Shown piece after piece: positions 32,260 through 33,717 of a DNA stretch of 33,717 bases. The position numbers and the translations under genes are program-made. Every line of letters begins with the position of its first letter. Within the stretch, counting starts at the first letter, position 1. Origin of the DNA: a virus (taxonomy: Duplodnaviria > Caudoviricetes). The notes beneath the pieces are model-generated. The model had not been told where the DNA came from. It saw only the letters and a program-made list of their open reading frames with translations, and made no database searches. The stretch covers positions 1-33,717 of IMG/VR virus record IMGVR_UViG_3300031890_000033; one strand, written 5' to 3'.

Positions 32260-32931
32260 ATGCCTGAAGGTGAACGTCAAGAACCGCCCAAAGATGGTGA
32301 TCAGCAAAATGATCAGAATCAGCCCGCGAACCAGACGCAAGCTCCACAAAATCCTCCAAAACAGCCTGATTCTGGGCCAGCTACTCCTAAACCCGGTGAC
32401 CAAGGGGCTGGAGAATCTGGTAGTGGGTCTGGCGTATCTAGTCTTGAAGAGCAACTTGACGCTGAAAAAACGAAGAATTTACAGTTAAGCAAAGATCTCA
32501 CCAAAGCTAAGGCTGATCAGGCTAAGGCTGAAGGCGACAAAGATGTCGCTAAGGAGCGTGATGAGTTCAAAGCTGAAAATGATAAGCTGAAAAAGCTGCT
32601 AGAAAGCAAATTTCTTGTATGGTGTATTGCTACCGACAAGAAGTACAGCTGGCAAAATGCTGAGGATGTCGTCAGGTTTATTAGTACTGATGAATTGAAC
32701 ATCGACGTCGAAAAAGAGAAGATTGAAGGACTTGATCTTGCTCTAAAGCGTATCGCCAAAGATAAGCCGTATCTGTTAGTTCCAGCCGAAGGCGATCAGC
32801 ACCAGACTCCGCCAGCTAGTGGATCACATCCTTCAGGTAGTAAATCTGGTGATCGAGTTACTGAGCAAAAACGGCTTGGTGAAAAGTACAAGATACCAGG
32901 TTTTGGGACTCAAGCAACGAAGTTTATGTGA
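32260..32931 (+). CDS. capsid scaffolding protein
   Basis: Disordered N-terminus, coiled coil, AL..IAK.KPYLL motif; lies between the portal and capsid genes. Confidence 0.8.
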   Translation: MPEGERQEPPKDGDQQNDQNQPANQTQAPQNPPKQPDSGPATPKPGDQGAGESGSGSGVSSLEEQLDAEKTKNLQLSKDLTKAKADQAKAEGDKDVAKERDEFKAENDKLKKLLESKFLVWCIATDKKYSWQNAEDVVRFISTDELNIDVEKEKIEGLDLALKRIAKDKPYLLVPAEGDQHQTPPASGSHPSGSKSGDRVTEQKRLGEKYKIPGFGTQATKFM

Positions 32932-33374
32932 TGATTACGACTGAACTCGCACCAGGAATCCTAGAGCATAAACTCTGGGAACCATTAGTGACAAGTTCAG
33001 CTGAATATCAGCATGTACACGAACTTGTTCGTAAGACCTATGGGTTAGCCACTAAATATTTGTGTGAGAATTGTGATAATCAAGCATATGAGTACGCATG
33101 GAATCATGAATATGATCCACGAATTGTAACTAGCTATGATCCAATGTGTTATAGTTGTCATCGTGAATATGATGATTTAGGATTCCATATTGGTCATACT
33201 ACTTCGCAAGGTGAAAAGCATTGGTTTGCAAAACTTTTCGAAGAAGATGTTCTTGAAATTCGTAGAATGTGGGCGACTGGTGTTTGGACCCACCAAGAAA
33301 TATCAGAGTTTTATCCTGTTGGCCGTGCAACCATTACCCTTATAATCAGTCGTAAAATCTGGAAGCATATTTAG
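32928..33374 (+). CDS. HNH-like endonuclease with C-terminal HTH
   Basis: H..V....G.A..Y.CENC...A.EYAW...PMCYSCH..YD and AKL.E.DV.EIR; similar to 4825-5235. Confidence 0.72.
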   Translation: MMITTELAPGILEHKLWEPLVTSSAEYQHVHELVRKTYGLATKYLCENCDNQAYEYAWNHEYDPRIVTSYDPMCYSCHREYDDLGFHIGHTTSQGEKHWFAKLFEEDVLEIRRMWATGVWTHQEISEFYPVGRATITLIISRKIWKHI

Positions 33375-33386
33375 AAAGGAATTCTG

Positions 33387-33717
33387 ATGGCCCGAGTTGA
33401 TAAGTACGATCCAATTGACGGTGGGTTCAGGGCTGACGTGGCTGTCGATGTCCTTGACGCTGATCTGGGGAAATTGTACGCCTATGGCCTAGACAGTACC
33501 GGCAAGGCAGTCAAGGGCGCAGGTCAGTCGGGTTGCATAGGCGTTTGGGTTTTCAATGATAAGCCTGGTCGCGTTGGTCCACTAAAGGAGGTGGCCCGCC
33601 AGGATATTATGCGAATGGGCTGCATTTGCGATTTCGGTCCTACTGCGGGTGTTCCAGGTACCAACTTTGGTGTTGCAGGCACCAAGTATTTTGCTGATCC
33701 CACTACAGGTGCGGTTT
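33387..33717 (+). CDS. capsid-associated (decoration/minor capsid) protein, partial
   Basis: AGAAAGGA RBS; MARVDKYDPIDGGFRADVAVD... is open to the window end and follows the scaffold gene. Confidence 0.6.
   Translation, partial: MARVDKYDPIDGGFRADVAVDVLDADLGKLYAYGLDSTGKAVKGAGQSGCIGVWVFNDKPGRVGPLKEVARQDIMRMGCICDFGPTAGVPGTNFGVAGTKYFADPTTGAV

Overview
This window is a segment of a tailed dsDNA actinobacteriophage genome (siphovirus-like) with two divergent arms; no integrase or repressor is visible. The left arm (1-20460, minus strand) holds early and replication genes: a partial DNA polymerase III alpha (dnaE), a nucleotide/DNA-modification block (Nmad1/MazG-like protein, HAD phosphatase, FAD oxidoreductase, GREB1/TAGT-like glycosyltransferase), an SSB-like/Sak4-like ATPase/RecB-like recombination module, an SNF2 helicase, DUF2786, SLOG/DprA-like, Lsr2-like and DUF6011 proteins, and many small ORFs. 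A non-coding control region of about 670 bp (20460-21130) contains AT-rich repeats, an iteron-like array and four tandem actinobacterial LexA boxes. The right arm (21200-33717, plus strand) encodes small and large terminase, a portal with an N-terminal frameshift, scaffold, the start of a capsid-associated gene, and many tiny basic or low-complexity proteins. Four free-standing HNH genes are present. The most unusual signals are: (i) a 540-bp transcription unit almost free of TG/CA dinucleotides; (ii) a conserved early-gene RBS motif, GAGAGGAACCC, whose exact antisense lies in the hairpin loops of two intergenic structured RNAs, suggesting a trans-acting antisense translational control system; (iii) the four-site SOS-box array. 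All family assignments come from motif recognition by eye, not database searches.
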